Of a stretch of DNA of 14,195 nucleotides, positions 1-9,167 are shown in pieces. A program made the translations under genes and the position numbers. The notes under the pieces are model-generated. The model saw only the letters and a program-made list of their open reading frames with translations, was not told the DNA's origin and searched no databases. Numbering within the stretch: the first letter of the stretch is position 1; every line of letters starts with the position of its first letter. This stretch comes from Candidatus Heimdallarchaeota archaeon (lineage in GTDB: Archaea; Asgardarchaeota; Heimdallarchaeia; Heimdallarchaeales; Heimdallarchaeaceae). The stretch covers positions 1-14,195 of the forward strand of contig JAEOTE010000156.1 in the NCBI GenBank assembly GCA_016839945.1. The letters run 5' to 3'.

Positions 1-454
1 AAACATCTGAATTCATTATAGCTATTTCTAATGATAGAATTGTGGAGAAGAATTTGTGTACTTTTGGGTCTGTTTTCTTAATTTCAACTAGAATTGCTAA
101 AGAACTAGCTATTAATGATGAAACAACAGCTTTTTCTCCTACAAGTTTCGCTGACTTTAAACGGAAGAACATAGCTTCGAAATTATCTTCAGGAATAGGG
201 AATGTCAAGACTTTTGAATATTGTGAGAGCAGGAAATATCCAATCATTGATACTTCAGTATATACAATTCTATAATGTTCTGGAGTATCTTTTGCATGAG
301 CTAAGTCGTCAGTTGCATTAACTATTGACTGAAAAAAAGTATCGTTCAACTCTTGATATTTCTTGAAAACAGGGAAGAACCTTTCAAAATCCTCTAGTAT
401 ATATTGTTCATATCGAGAGAATTCATTAGGTATATCAAATTCCTCTGTGTTCAA
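1..454 (-). CDS. Hypothetical protein, N-terminal 151 aa, runs off the window start (MNTEEFDIPNEFSRYEQYILEDFERFFPVFKKYQELNDTFFQSIVNATDDLAHAKDTPEHYRIVYTEVSMIGYFLLSQYSK...)
   Basis: Hand translation of the - strand is open from TTG at 454 to position 2 with no stop. An AGTGA RBS-like element lies just upstream. Co-oriented with the 527..1531 gene. Absent from the ORF track because it has no stop in the window. Confidence 0.8.
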   Translation of the reverse strand, partial: MNTEEFDIPNEFSRYEQYILEDFERFFPVFKKYQELNDTFFQSIVNATDDLAHAKDTPEHYRIVYTEVSMIGYFLLSQYSKVLTFPIPEDNFEAMFFRLKSAKLVGEKAVVSSLIASSLAILVEIKKTDPKVHKFFSTILSLEIAIMNSDV

Positions 455-526
455 AATATCTCACTATACTTTTTTCTCTAGATTCTCTATTAAAGATTCT
501 TAATGTCCCAGATATTATTTCCAATA

Positions 527-1531
527 TTACTTTCTCTTTTTTTCTATTTCCATCTTAACATCTGAACTAAGTTTTTTCCAGTATTGATAGTATCCATTCC
601 TATTCAGTAACTCTTTGTAAAATGTAATAGAAATTTTATCGTTCTCAAAAGCAGTGTAAAATTCTTCTTTTATTGGAGACCTATCAAATCGTATTTTCCT
701 TTGAGCTTCTAAGAGTATTGGTTCTTGATTTCTCATCATACTGAAAGTTTTCAGTTTTTTTCCTAGATTCTCTTTCAAAACTTCCTCCCATTTTAAACTT
801 CGCAAAAAGTGATGATCTATGTAAACCTCCTTTGCACAATCAACCACTCTTCCAAGATATTCAAAAGACTTAGCAAACTCATTTTTAATTTTGGAAAGAT
901 AAAAAGGAAAACCATCCAAAGCAACTAGATCAGGGGAATTCTCTTCAATAAATTCTGTTGCTATATTAGAAGAAGGTCCACAAACATCAGATGTGTAGAT
1001 GTATTGGAAATCATCTTCCTCAATCATCGTTTCAAGAACGTATCCTCTTGCTCCTTCTGAGCCATGAGGAACAGGAGGTGAGAAAACTATTTTAGTTGAA
1101 CCTATTTCGTAAGTAGAATTATCAGCTTTTGAAAGTTTGAGCTTTTTATTTTTCCATAGCCATTTAGCTCTTTGTTGTTGACTATAATTGAGAAATTTAT
1201 CAGGATCTTTAGCTAGTATTGTAACTTCAGGACTGTATATTGAATTAAAGACATCTCTGTTAGTAAACTCATATTTTCTTTCAACTCCCAAAGTAAAGTG
1301 ATCTCCATGATAATGAGACTGGATTATAATATCTACTAACTCAGCAAATTCAAGAATGATTTTTCTGGATAACCAAGAAGCTGCGATTTCGATAGGAAGT
1401 GGTCGTAAACCGAATCTTGTTGGACCTAACGAAACACTAGGATCAATTAAGATGTTTACACTTCGAGTCATTACTAAATGTGCAAAAGACCGAGTGCCTA
1501 AAGATTCGCAGGATATTGGAAAAATCTTCAT
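527..1531 (-). CDS. UPF0282-family metallo-beta-lactamase-fold hydrolase
   Basis: N-terminus ESLGTRS...ILIDPSVSLGPTRFGL is typical of archaeal UPF0282. MBL motifs SHYHGDH (HxHxDH), PVPHG, TSDVCGP and IDHHFLRS are present. Confidence 0.85.
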   Translation of the reverse strand: MKIFPISCESLGTRSFAHLVMTRSVNILIDPSVSLGPTRFGLRPLPIEIAASWLSRKIILEFAELVDIIIQSHYHGDHFTLGVERKYEFTNRDVFNSIYSPEVTILAKDPDKFLNYSQQQRAKWLWKNKKLKLSKADNSTYEIGSTKIVFSPPVPHGSEGARGYVLETMIEEDDFQYIYTSDVCGPSSNIATEFIEENSPDLVALDGFPFYLSKIKNEFAKSFEYLGRVVDCAKEVYIDHHFLRSLKWEEVLKENLGKKLKTFSMMRNQEPILLEAQRKIRFDRSPIKEEFYTAFENDKISITFYKELLNRNGYYQYWKKLSSDVKMEIEKKRK

Positions 1532-1658
1532 TTATGTATTAATTAAACAATCCTATAAAAATAATTAGTGAAGTTAATGTAAAAATTCAAATTTATTGGT
1601 TTCAAGTAACTTACTAGTTAATTTTTTATACTGTTAATAGTTTCATTATTTGAGAAGC

Positions 1659-3131
1659 ATGAGTAATGAAATCATGGAAAATCCTGTTTTTGCAAGTAAA
1701 TACGTTTCTAAATTTACTCATTATGATGAAATAAATGATGTACTTACTGAAAACCTTCAATTTGAAGAACAAGAATCAATTGAGATTCTGCTTCTTCCTA
1801 TTATTGATCAAGTTCCTGAAAACAAGAAAGGAATTGTACGTACATTCATTAAAAATAAAAGTCATAACACTTTAACTTTATACATCTATTATAATCTAAC
1901 AGGATGGTTTAGTGATTTACCTAAAAATGAAAATCTGAGATTTCTTGAATCTTTCACAATTGGTCCTTCTGAAATATGGTTTAGAGATATAGAATTCAAG
2001 AGCATGATAAAGCAAGGAAAGAACTATCTACAAATTGTAGCAACACAAGAAAAATCAAAAAAACCCAAAGAGTTTGTATCATCTCATATTGAGTATACTC
2101 AAACAAGAGAGATAGTAGAAAGTATTCAGATCGAGAGAAGTAATTATATGGGAATGATTTCAAGAGCTTACATAAATCCTAGATCTCTCAAATACTGGAT
2201 TTTTTATTCTATATTTGGTAAAAATGTATATAGAAAAGAAAATATCTTCATCTTCCTATTAAAACGGTTACTTCTATTAGCTGGTATTACTTTCTTCACT
2301 CTATACTTTGTGCTTCCAATGATTTTTGGACTTGGATTTGTTCTTCCATTGAGTATCATAGCTATTGTTATTTCAATCTCATCTTTCATCTTAGATAGAG
2401 ATAGTAAGAAACTTGTAATCATTCATGAATTGGGATTATCTGAAAGTGATAAAAAAGCTAGCCTAAAATTAGTAAAGGAGACTTACGGAGGATTCTTACA
2501 GAAATTCTGTGCTAATGATATAAATTTTGATTATGATTTAGAAAATGATGTTGTTCATTGGAAGGAAGGAGCTAATAGGTTATATGAAAAAATCATTCCT
2601 ATTATTAGTAGATTAATCCATATTCCAGTAAATATAAAACCTCCAATCAAAGTTAGACCATCTCGAGTTGAAGTCTTTGAAGATAGAGAACAATTGAAAG
2701 AAAAAATTGAACGAGGAATCGAATTACAACATGAGGAAGGAATACGTTTTAGAGATGAGATTAAAGGAGTAGCAAAAGACATTGATGGAGTTGAAATGTC
2801 CATAGATGTTGTTGAATCAGATACACAAATAGAACCTGAATATATAGGAATAAAAACTGACCCAAAAATTGACACAAAAATTGATCCTATCATTTCCAAA
2901 ACTTCTGTTGAACCAGAGATTAAGAAAATCGAATCAAAATCTGCAGTAGAGCCTAAAATTGAAACTATAGAGTCAAAAACAACCGTTACACCAGAAATTG
3001 AACCTGTTAAAACTGAAACTGAAGGTTTAATCTCTGGAGAAAGAGAAAAACCTAGAAAAAGAAAATCTATTGATTTCGAAGCAATCCCAGAACCTAGGAA
3101 ACTTCCTAAGGATGATGAAGAAGAGAAATAA
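1659..3131 (+). CDS. Hypothetical membrane protein with two central TM helices and an acidic, repetitive C-terminal region
   Basis: Long ORF; ATG 1659 preferred over TTG 1650. Hydrophobic hairpin LLLLAGITFFTLYFVLPMIFGLGFVLPLSIIAIVISISSFIL; E/K/P-rich tail. Confidence 0.8.
   Translation: MSNEIMENPVFASKYVSKFTHYDEINDVLTENLQFEEQESIEILLLPIIDQVPENKKGIVRTFIKNKSHNTLTLYIYYNLTGWFSDLPKNENLRFLESFTIGPSEIWFRDIEFKSMIKQGKNYLQIVATQEKSKKPKEFVSSHIEYTQTREIVESIQIERSNYMGMISRAYINPRSLKYWIFYSIFGKNVYRKENIFIFLLKRLLLLAGITFFTLYFVLPMIFGLGFVLPLSIIAIVISISSFILDRDSKKLVIIHELGLSESDKKASLKLVKETYGGFLQKFCANDINFDYDLENDVVHWKEGANRLYEKIIPIISRLIHIPVNIKPPIKVRPSRVEVFEDREQLKEKIERGIELQHEEGIRFRDEIKGVAKDIDGVEMSIDVVESDTQIEPEYIGIKTDPKIDTKIDPIISKTSVEPEIKKIESKSAVEPKIETIESKTTVTPEIEPVKTETEGLISGEREKPRKRKSIDFEAIPEPRKLPKDDEEEK
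2895..3011 (+). repeat. Three degenerate 13-aa (39-bp) coding repeats
   Basis: SKTSVEPEIKKIE / SKSAVEPKIETIE / SKTTVTPEIEPVK within the 1659..3131 protein. Confidence 0.65.
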
Positions 3132-3207
3132 AAGCTACTGAAAAAAATTCACATATAACAAGCATGCAAAATAAAATAAATGCTTATTATTTCCTATACA
3201 AAATAAG

Positions 3208-3981
3208 GTGATTAAAATCGAAACTAGTAAGTATCCCATAAAATTTAGGGAAACAGAAAATTTTAGCTTCTTACCATTAAAAATAGCTTGTATAGGAATT
3301 TTAGCTTACTACATCTTAGAAATGTTGAATAGAGTAATTTTCTTTACAACAGATATAGAATTAGATGAGATGGCAGTAACTTGGAGAATTGTCGATTCTG
3401 TAATATACGCTATAACGTTTATAATAATTGCAATTCAGACAGCTGTATGGAGAGAAAAATTACATGCTTATGAGAATAGAAAAAAAGCAAGGAATGCATT
3501 CTTTACATTAATACTCACTGCTTTATTTACAGCTATGTATGAAATTCTAGTACTTGAAATGGATAAGCTTCAACCATCTCATCGAAGTGATTTAACTGTA
3601 CCATTTCTTTTCATGATTGTACTTCATTATTATAGTATAAGTCAAGTTAGACAGATTATCACTAGAATTGGCAGAACAAAAAAAGCTGAAACTGGAAGAT
3701 CAATATTCTATACATTTTTCGCATTAAATCCATGTATACGTTATTTACTTCCTTTCCTTTTAATGGTTTTAACTTCTGTTGGAGGGGATTTATATTTCGT
3801 TTATATGTTTTATTCTGACTTGATTATGACTTATCTAAGCGCTGCAGTTGCTGTAGGTTTCACTGTAATGATTTTTCTTGACAGTAGAAAAATCAGAAGA
3901 GCTCAATTAATGGAAACAATGAGAACAGAGATAGATAAACAATTAGCACAAGAAACTCTACCTGAAGATCAAGTTTTTTGA
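3208..3981 (+). CDS. Hypothetical polytopic membrane protein (about 6 TM)
   Basis: 257-aa ORF with about six hydrophobic segments. GTG start; an internal start is possible. Confidence 0.75.
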   Translation: MIKIETSKYPIKFRETENFSFLPLKIACIGILAYYILEMLNRVIFFTTDIELDEMAVTWRIVDSVIYAITFIIIAIQTAVWREKLHAYENRKKARNAFFTLILTALFTAMYEILVLEMDKLQPSHRSDLTVPFLFMIVLHYYSISQVRQIITRIGRTKKAETGRSIFYTFFALNPCIRYLLPFLLMVLTSVGGDLYFVYMFYSDLIMTYLSAAVAVGFTVMIFLDSRKIRRAQLMETMRTEIDKQLAQETLPEDQVF

Positions 3982-4667
3982 TCTTCTTTTTTCAATTCCT
4001 CATCTGTCATTTTCTTCAAAGCAGATGCTATTATAGCTTCTTTTCTACTTCTAAAAAATGATATAACTAAGAAATATAGAACCAAACCACCTACAGTTGT
4101 TCCAACTATTATGAAAATTGCTATTGTTATTGGATTTTTACCAGGGTAAATTTCTGTATTGTAACTTTCAGTCATATGATCTATTGCATATTGGATTCTA
4201 GTTTCAATATAAATATAATCTACACTTCCATAAACACCATCTACTATGTTTCCTAAGTCATCTAATATAACTAAAGTTGGAACTCTCCTAATATCAAACA
4301 TTCTTTCAGTTTCTAATGTGGAGTAACCAAAAATCCAATCATCTGATAATGAATGATTTGCTTTGAATCCCAATAATATCTCTTTTGGATCCTCTCTATT
4401 TGCATTCAAACCAAAAAGTGTAACATTGTAATTTTGATTGATTTGTTCTAGAACTGCAGCTTCTGCTATGCAACTTGAACAAAATGGTAAAAAGAATTGA
4501 ATTAATCTTATCCCTTCATAGTTGTAAGTGTTATCTGGATTTTTATCTATATCTAAAAAAGAAATTCCTGTATTTGTAATATCACTTCGTGTGAGTACTG
4601 TTCCAGAAATTAAAATTAAGTATATTAGGAGAATTGGAAGGATTTTTATCTTCTTCACATTCATCAT
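3969..4667 (-). CDS. Membrane-anchored TlpA/ResA-like thioredoxin-fold protein
   Basis: N-terminal signal/TM, FFLPFCSSC (CxxC), cis-Pro motif RRVPTLVILD, C-terminal TM. AGGTG RBS upstream. Confidence 0.8.
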   Translation of the reverse strand: MMNVKKIKILPILLIYLILISGTVLTRSDITNTGISFLDIDKNPDNTYNYEGIRLIQFFLPFCSSCIAEAAVLEQINQNYNVTLFGLNANREDPKEILLGFKANHSLSDDWIFGYSTLETERMFDIRRVPTLVILDDLGNIVDGVYGSVDYIYIETRIQYAIDHMTESYNTEIYPGKNPITIAIFIIVGTTVGGLVLYFLVISFFRSRKEAIIASALKKMTDEELKKEDQKT

Positions 4668-4679
4668 CTACACCTTTCA

Positions 4680-5765
4680 TTATCCTATAGCACTATAATT
4701 AGCTACTCTTCTATCATCTTCAAGTTTTACATTATCACATATAACAGACTTTTCTATAAATGAGTTTCTTCCTATGGTTGTGTTTTCCCAAATTACGCTC
4801 CTTTCTATTGTAGAATTTTCTTTTATTACAACATCTGAATGAATGACTGAATAGGGTCCAATAATGGATTTTTCTTCAATTATCACATTATTTCCAATTA
4901 CAACTGGTGGGATAATTTCAACGCTTTCAGAGATTTGGGTATTTTCTCCATACCAAGTATTTTTTCTTTTATTACCAGGAGGGTAATAACCTTTTACAAA
5001 TCCTCTCAAAATATCATAATTTGCCCAAAGATAACTTCGTATCTGTCCACAATCAAGCCAATAATAATCACCGACATACCCGTTTACTTTGAATTTCTCT
5101 TGTAGAAGATAGGGAAAAAGTTCTTGTCCAAAATCAGTTATATCTTTGAAACTATCCAATATCTCTAATATCTTATGTTTAAAGATATAAACACCTGTAT
5201 TTACTAAATTTTGGTGAAATTCAGCAACTGGTCTGTGGGCAAAAGCTATTGTTGTAAAAAGCATTTCTTCAGGCTTAGGTTTTTCCAGAAATATCTCTAT
5301 ATTTTGTTTTTCATCAAGTAAAATAACTCCGAATTTCTTTGTTGGAAAATCAATATTTTTCAAACTAATTGTTGCAAATGCTTCAGTTGATTTGAAAAAC
5401 TCTGCCATTTTTTTAACAGAGATATCACTCACTATATCTGCCATTGAAACAACAAAGTTCCCATTGATTAAATCAGATACTCTTCTCACTGCATCAGCTG
5501 TTCCAATAGGACCTATGTCTGGGATTATTATCTCTAAATCCTTGAATTGAGAAGATTCTTCTAGATATTTTCTTATCTGATCCCCCAAATATTTGACTGC
5601 AACAATTATCTTCTTTATTCCAGCATCTGCTATCTGTTTAATGGCAAAATCAATCATAGGCGTTAAAGCTACTGGAACTAGAGGTTTAGGTCGATTTGTT
5701 GTAAGAGGTTGGAGACGAACTCCTTTTCCTCCAGCTAAGATAACTGCACAGTCTATATCTGTCAT
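4680..5765 (-). CDS. NDP-sugar pyrophosphorylase (mannose-1-phosphate guanylyltransferase-like) with C-terminal hexapeptide-repeat domain
   Basis: AVILAGGKGVRLQPLT..RPKPLVP, GTADAV, FLEKP, NTGVYIF and YWLDCG motifs, plus LbH repeats. Start is ATG 5765 or GTG 5774. Confidence 0.9.
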   Translation of the reverse strand: MTDIDCAVILAGGKGVRLQPLTTNRPKPLVPVALTPMIDFAIKQIADAGIKKIIVAVKYLGDQIRKYLEESSQFKDLEIIIPDIGPIGTADAVRRVSDLINGNFVVSMADIVSDISVKKMAEFFKSTEAFATISLKNIDFPTKKFGVILLDEKQNIEIFLEKPKPEEMLFTTIAFAHRPVAEFHQNLVNTGVYIFKHKILEILDSFKDITDFGQELFPYLLQEKFKVNGYVGDYYWLDCGQIRSYLWANYDILRGFVKGYYPPGNKRKNTWYGENTQISESVEIIPPVVIGNNVIIEEKSIIGPYSVIHSDVVIKENSTIERSVIWENTTIGRNSFIEKSVICDNVKLEDDRRVANYSAIG

Positions 5766-5943
5766 ACATTTCACTTTCTTTAGTTTAAAGATGAATCATC
5801 TTTTTTATTCTTTTGCTTTTAACTTGAAAACTAAACTGGTATTTCTTATTAAGGCTTAAATTTTGTATTTCTATTCATTTTAGCAATTAGTTTATATATC
5901 ATCTTTATCTTATAGTAATTTGCTAAATAAAAGAGGTAATAAA

Positions 5944-6756
5944 ATGAACAAAAAAACAGGAACTATATTAGCATCTTTGATTATTTTAATTTTTAGTTTT
6001 TCAATTTCTAGCAACGTTATTGTAAAAGCAGCTATAGTTGAAGGTTACAATTATTCTAGTTTGTTGGTTACCGGGACTGAATTAGCTTGGACATTATCAA
6101 AGCTTGAAATAACAGAAGGCAGTGGAGATCCTGATCTTTTTCAACTAACAGCAACTGAAAGCATGTCGGAAGGTGATGTTTTCAAAATTGTACTATTGCA
6201 AAATTTAAAGGACAGTGGATTAGATCCTTTTGATTTATATGATACCTCAACACAATGGGCAGAATTTTTCCTTAATAGTGTATCTCTTGGTAAGAATGTA
6301 ACAGATATTTACTGGGGATCATTTATGGGAGAAACTGGAATGATGTCGAGTGCACATATTCTTCCAACAATTATAGAATTAGATACTGGAGATAAGAATT
6401 ATTTTGATTATATGGCAGAAGAATTTGAAACATTAGCTGAAAATGAAACTGCAGGAATTTCTATTAGCAATACAGCAGACAAATATACAATGAAACTAGA
6501 GATTCATGAAAAAATTGTCTTCCTAGGTACATTCAAAATAGATTTGAGTTTAGAAATCGTATATAACAAAGAATGGGGAGTACTAGCAAAATATGATTTA
6601 AAAGAGTCAATATCAGCTCTTGGTGAAACAGCAAAGATTAATATTCTATATGAGATTAACAATGAAGAGATTAAAGTAGCACCATTCAGTTGGATGTTTA
6701 GTTTTGTAGCAATTTTCATTACTGCGGTAGTGATTTTAAGAAGAAGGAAAAAATAA
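5944..6756 (+). CDS. Secreted/surface protein with C-terminal sorting-type TM anchor (paralog 1)
   Basis: ATG 5944 follows a GAGGT RBS. Signal peptide MNKKTGTILASLIILIFSF; tail APFSWMFSFVAIFITAVVILRRRKK. Clear full-length similarity to 6882..7697. Confidence 0.85.
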   Translation: MNKKTGTILASLIILIFSFSISSNVIVKAAIVEGYNYSSLLVTGTELAWTLSKLEITEGSGDPDLFQLTATESMSEGDVFKIVLLQNLKDSGLDPFDLYDTSTQWAEFFLNSVSLGKNVTDIYWGSFMGETGMMSSAHILPTIIELDTGDKNYFDYMAEEFETLAENETAGISISNTADKYTMKLEIHEKIVFLGTFKIDLSLEIVYNKEWGVLAKYDLKESISALGETAKINILYEINNEEIKVAPFSWMFSFVAIFITAVVILRRRKK

Positions 6757-6797
6757 ATTCCCTACTTTTTTTTTTTCACTAAGTTCTTTAGTGAAAA
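6757..6797 (+). terminator. Oligo-T terminator plus inverted repeat
   Basis: T11 run at 6766-6776 after the stop; TTTTCACTAA(6773-6782)-N5-TTAGTGAAAA(6788-6797). Confidence 0.55.
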
Positions 6798-6881
6798 TAT
6801 ATTAAAAAAAGTCAATTTTCAACAATTACTTTAAATAATATCTTTGACTATTTGTTCATTACTTAACATTAGAGTGATCAA

Positions 6882-7697
6882 ATGAACAAGAAAATAAAAG
6901 TGACTTTGGCTTTAATAACAGTTATGATATTTAGTTTTGCAATTTCAAGCAATATGATTACAAAAGCAACATTTTTTCATGATTTTACTTATTCAGATAA
7001 ACTAGTACCTGGTGCGGAACTAGCTTGGAAATTGACAAAGTTTGAATCAACTCCAGAAGAAACAAATGGTGCTTATATTCCATTGTTGGAAGGAGTGAAT
7101 ATGACAGAAGGAGATGTCTTCAAAATTGTAATATTGCAAGATCTTGACGATTTAAACTTAGATTTTATGGATGAGCTGTACTTTACTTCACAACAATGGG
7201 GAGAGTTTTTCCTTAATGATGTATCTCTTAGTAAGAATGCAACTGATTTATATTGGTATACTTTTTACGGAACTTCAGGATTTTTGATGAGTTCTCTCAT
7301 TGTTCCGACAACAGTTCAAATATATACTGAAACTAAGAATTATTTTGACTTTTTGACTGAAGATTTTGAATCTCTCGCAGGTAATGAAACTGAAGGAATT
7401 ACAATAAAGAATACAGCAGACACATATACTATGAAATACAAAATTCACATCAGCTTGACATTTCTGATTTCATTGTCTCTGGATATGAGTTTAGAAATTG
7501 GTTATAATAAAGAATGGGGAGTGCTTGCAAAATACGACCTATCAGAGACGATAAAAAGTGGTGGTGAAACAACAAAAATTAGAATGTTATATGAATCAGT
7601 TACTGATGAAATTAAAGTACCATTCAATTGGATGTTTAGCTTTATTGCCATTTTTGTTACTGCTATAGTGATCTTAAGAAGAAGGAGGAAAATATAA
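6882..7697 (+). CDS. Secreted/surface protein with C-terminal sorting-type TM anchor (paralog 2)
   Basis: Shares GxELAWxLxK, EGDVFKIVxLQ, QWxEFFLNxVSL, KNYFD and YNKEWGVLAKYDL with paralog 1. Tail VPFNWMFSFIAIFVTAIVILRRRRKI. Confidence 0.85.
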   Translation: MNKKIKVTLALITVMIFSFAISSNMITKATFFHDFTYSDKLVPGAELAWKLTKFESTPEETNGAYIPLLEGVNMTEGDVFKIVILQDLDDLNLDFMDELYFTSQQWGEFFLNDVSLSKNATDLYWYTFYGTSGFLMSSLIVPTTVQIYTETKNYFDFLTEDFESLAGNETEGITIKNTADTYTMKYKIHISLTFLISLSLDMSLEIGYNKEWGVLAKYDLSETIKSGGETTKIRMLYESVTDEIKVPFNWMFSFIAIFVTAIVILRRRRKI

Positions 7698-7717
7698 ATT
7701 CCCTACTTTCTTTTTTT
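7698..7717 (+). terminator. Oligo-T terminator, duplicated together with the gene
   Basis: TAAATTCCCTACTTT is identical after both paralogs (6754-6768 and 7695-7709) and is followed by a T-run. Confidence 0.55.
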
Positions 7718-7734
7718 AATTAATATTATTTGTT

Positions 7735-8190
7735 CTATTTCTCTTCATTTAGCTTATCTTCAAGCCAACCTACTTTGCAATTTTCAATACCCTTCAAATC
7801 GAACTTAGGAACCATTGGTTTGATATCTAGAAGAGGAGTACCATTTAGAACATCTATTCCCTTTACTAACAGTTTGTTTCCTTCAACCCTGACTAATCTT
7901 ACTACTGATAATCCCATTAAATTTGGTCTGTTAGGATGACGAATTGCAAATATACCTTTAGGTTTATTGTCCATAAAAGGTTGAATAATCAATTCTTCTC
8001 TTTCAGCTCGATCGAATCTGTATATTAGTATTAGATGAGAGAAGCCTTCTACATCTCTTAATCCTTCCTTGAAATCGGGATGTACAATTACTGTACCAAA
8101 AGCATCTGAGAATCCTGGTTGAATTGGAACTTCTTCTGGATTTTCAAACGGACTTTCAATAAAACCAATAGGTTTGATAACAAATTCCAT
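7735..8190 (-). CDS. trmO: tRNA (N6-threonylcarbamoyladenosine(37)-N6)-methyltransferase TrmO/TsaA family
   Basis: KPIGFIESPF, GLRDVEGFSHLILIYRF, GIFAIRHPNRPNLMGLSVV and GIDVLNGTPLLDIKP are family-diagnostic motifs. Confidence 0.92.
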   Translation of the reverse strand: MEFVIKPIGFIESPFENPEEVPIQPGFSDAFGTVIVHPDFKEGLRDVEGFSHLILIYRFDRAEREELIIQPFMDNKPKGIFAIRHPNRPNLMGLSVVRLVRVEGNKLLVKGIDVLNGTPLLDIKPMVPKFDLKGIENCKVGWLEDKLNEEK

Positions 8191-8309
8191 ATGTAATAAT
8201 TTACATAGATACTTTTCTTTTTTTTGGAAAACAATACTTTTTACTCAGTAAGATGAAATTTAATGGAAATTAATCTTGACTTACATGAAAAGTGACAGAT
8301 TTTTGAAAA

Positions 8310-8328
8310 ACATCTATACGATAGATGT
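8310..8328. promoter_or_regulatory. Palindromic candidate operator in the divergent trmO / GTPase intergenic region
   Basis: ACATCTAT-ACG-ATAGATGT, perfect 8-bp arms. Confidence 0.4.
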
Positions 8329-8450
8329 AACATCAGTAAAATCTTTTTTGTCGGGATGAATTTAATACAAAAATTTCTAGACAGCATTAGAAAACCCAGA
8401 ATCGGCGTAGAATGCACTTTTGGCTTTTCTGCCTTCCCTCTAACAAAGTA

Positions 8451-8458
8451 TTTAAATA
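8451..8458 (+). promoter_or_regulatory. TATA box of the small GTPase gene
   Basis: TTTAAATA about 40 bp upstream of the GTG start, followed by a TGGTGG RBS-like element. Confidence 0.55.
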
Positions 8459-8499
8459 GAATCGTTGGGGAGTTAAACATGTAATGGTGGTTTGTTAGT

Positions 8500-9066
8500 G
8501 TGAGCCAGAGAATATTCAAAATCACCTTGTTGGGTGAAGGTGCAGTTGGCAAAACTTCTATAAGAAGAACATATCTAGGGGAAAGTTTCAAGGAGGGGTA
8601 TATGATGACAATTGGAGCTGATTTTGCGGTTCAAAAAATGACACATAATAATACCGAATATACTTTGCAAATTTGGGATTTAGCTGGTCAACAAAGATTT
8701 TCCGCAGTTCGTGAGGTCTACTATCGAGGAACTGCTGGAGCATTATTAGTCTTTGATGTTTCACGACCTGAAACTTATGAGATTCTTCCTAATTGGTTGC
8801 ATGAATTAATTCGTAATAATAAGAACCGCATTGTTCCTATTGTACTTATTGGAAACAAAGCTGATCTTCGTGATTCTACACCTTATTCCGTTCCTATCAA
8901 TTATGCTCAAGAGTATGCTGATCAACTTTCTGAATGGTCAGGATTTTATGTTCCATACATTGAGACTTCTGCTAAAACTGGATTAAATGTAGAAAAAGTA
9001 TTTCAAGTTCTTACTGAGAATATTTCTTCGTATTTTGAAAGAATGCTTATTGAAGAATATAAATAG
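8500..9066 (+). CDS. Rab-like small GTPase (Asgard eukaryotic-signature type)
   Basis: G1 GEGAVGKT, G2 TIGADF, G3 WDLAGQ, G4 NKAD, G5 ETSAK. RabF-like motifs IGADF, TLQIW, RFSAV, YYRG, LVFDVS. No C-terminal cysteines. Confidence 0.95.
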   Translation: MSQRIFKITLLGEGAVGKTSIRRTYLGESFKEGYMMTIGADFAVQKMTHNNTEYTLQIWDLAGQQRFSAVREVYYRGTAGALLVFDVSRPETYEILPNWLHELIRNNKNRIVPIVLIGNKADLRDSTPYSVPINYAQEYADQLSEWSGFYVPYIETSAKTGLNVEKVFQVLTENISSYFERMLIEEYK

Positions 9067-9167
9067 CTATACTATCCTCTTCTTTTTTTCTTGTTAGTTG
9101 ACCCTATCTTCTACAGAAATAGATTTTTATTCTCTTTCTCTTTTTCATATATAGAGTAGGGATTAAC

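Noticed and set aside
42-275. 77-aa + ORF
   Set aside because: Antisense shadow of the longer - strand gene 1..454.
1356-2899. ORFs 1356..1568 (+), 2204..2422 (-) and 2555..2899 (-)
   Set aside because: Antisense shadows of the MBL hydrolase and the membrane protein; no motifs.
5593-7939. ORFs 5593..5859 (+), 6504..6719 (-) and 7730..7939 (+)
   Set aside because: Antisense to well-supported genes.
8241-8591. 116-aa - ORF
   Set aside because: Overlaps the GTPase start and promoter on the opposite strand; atypical composition.
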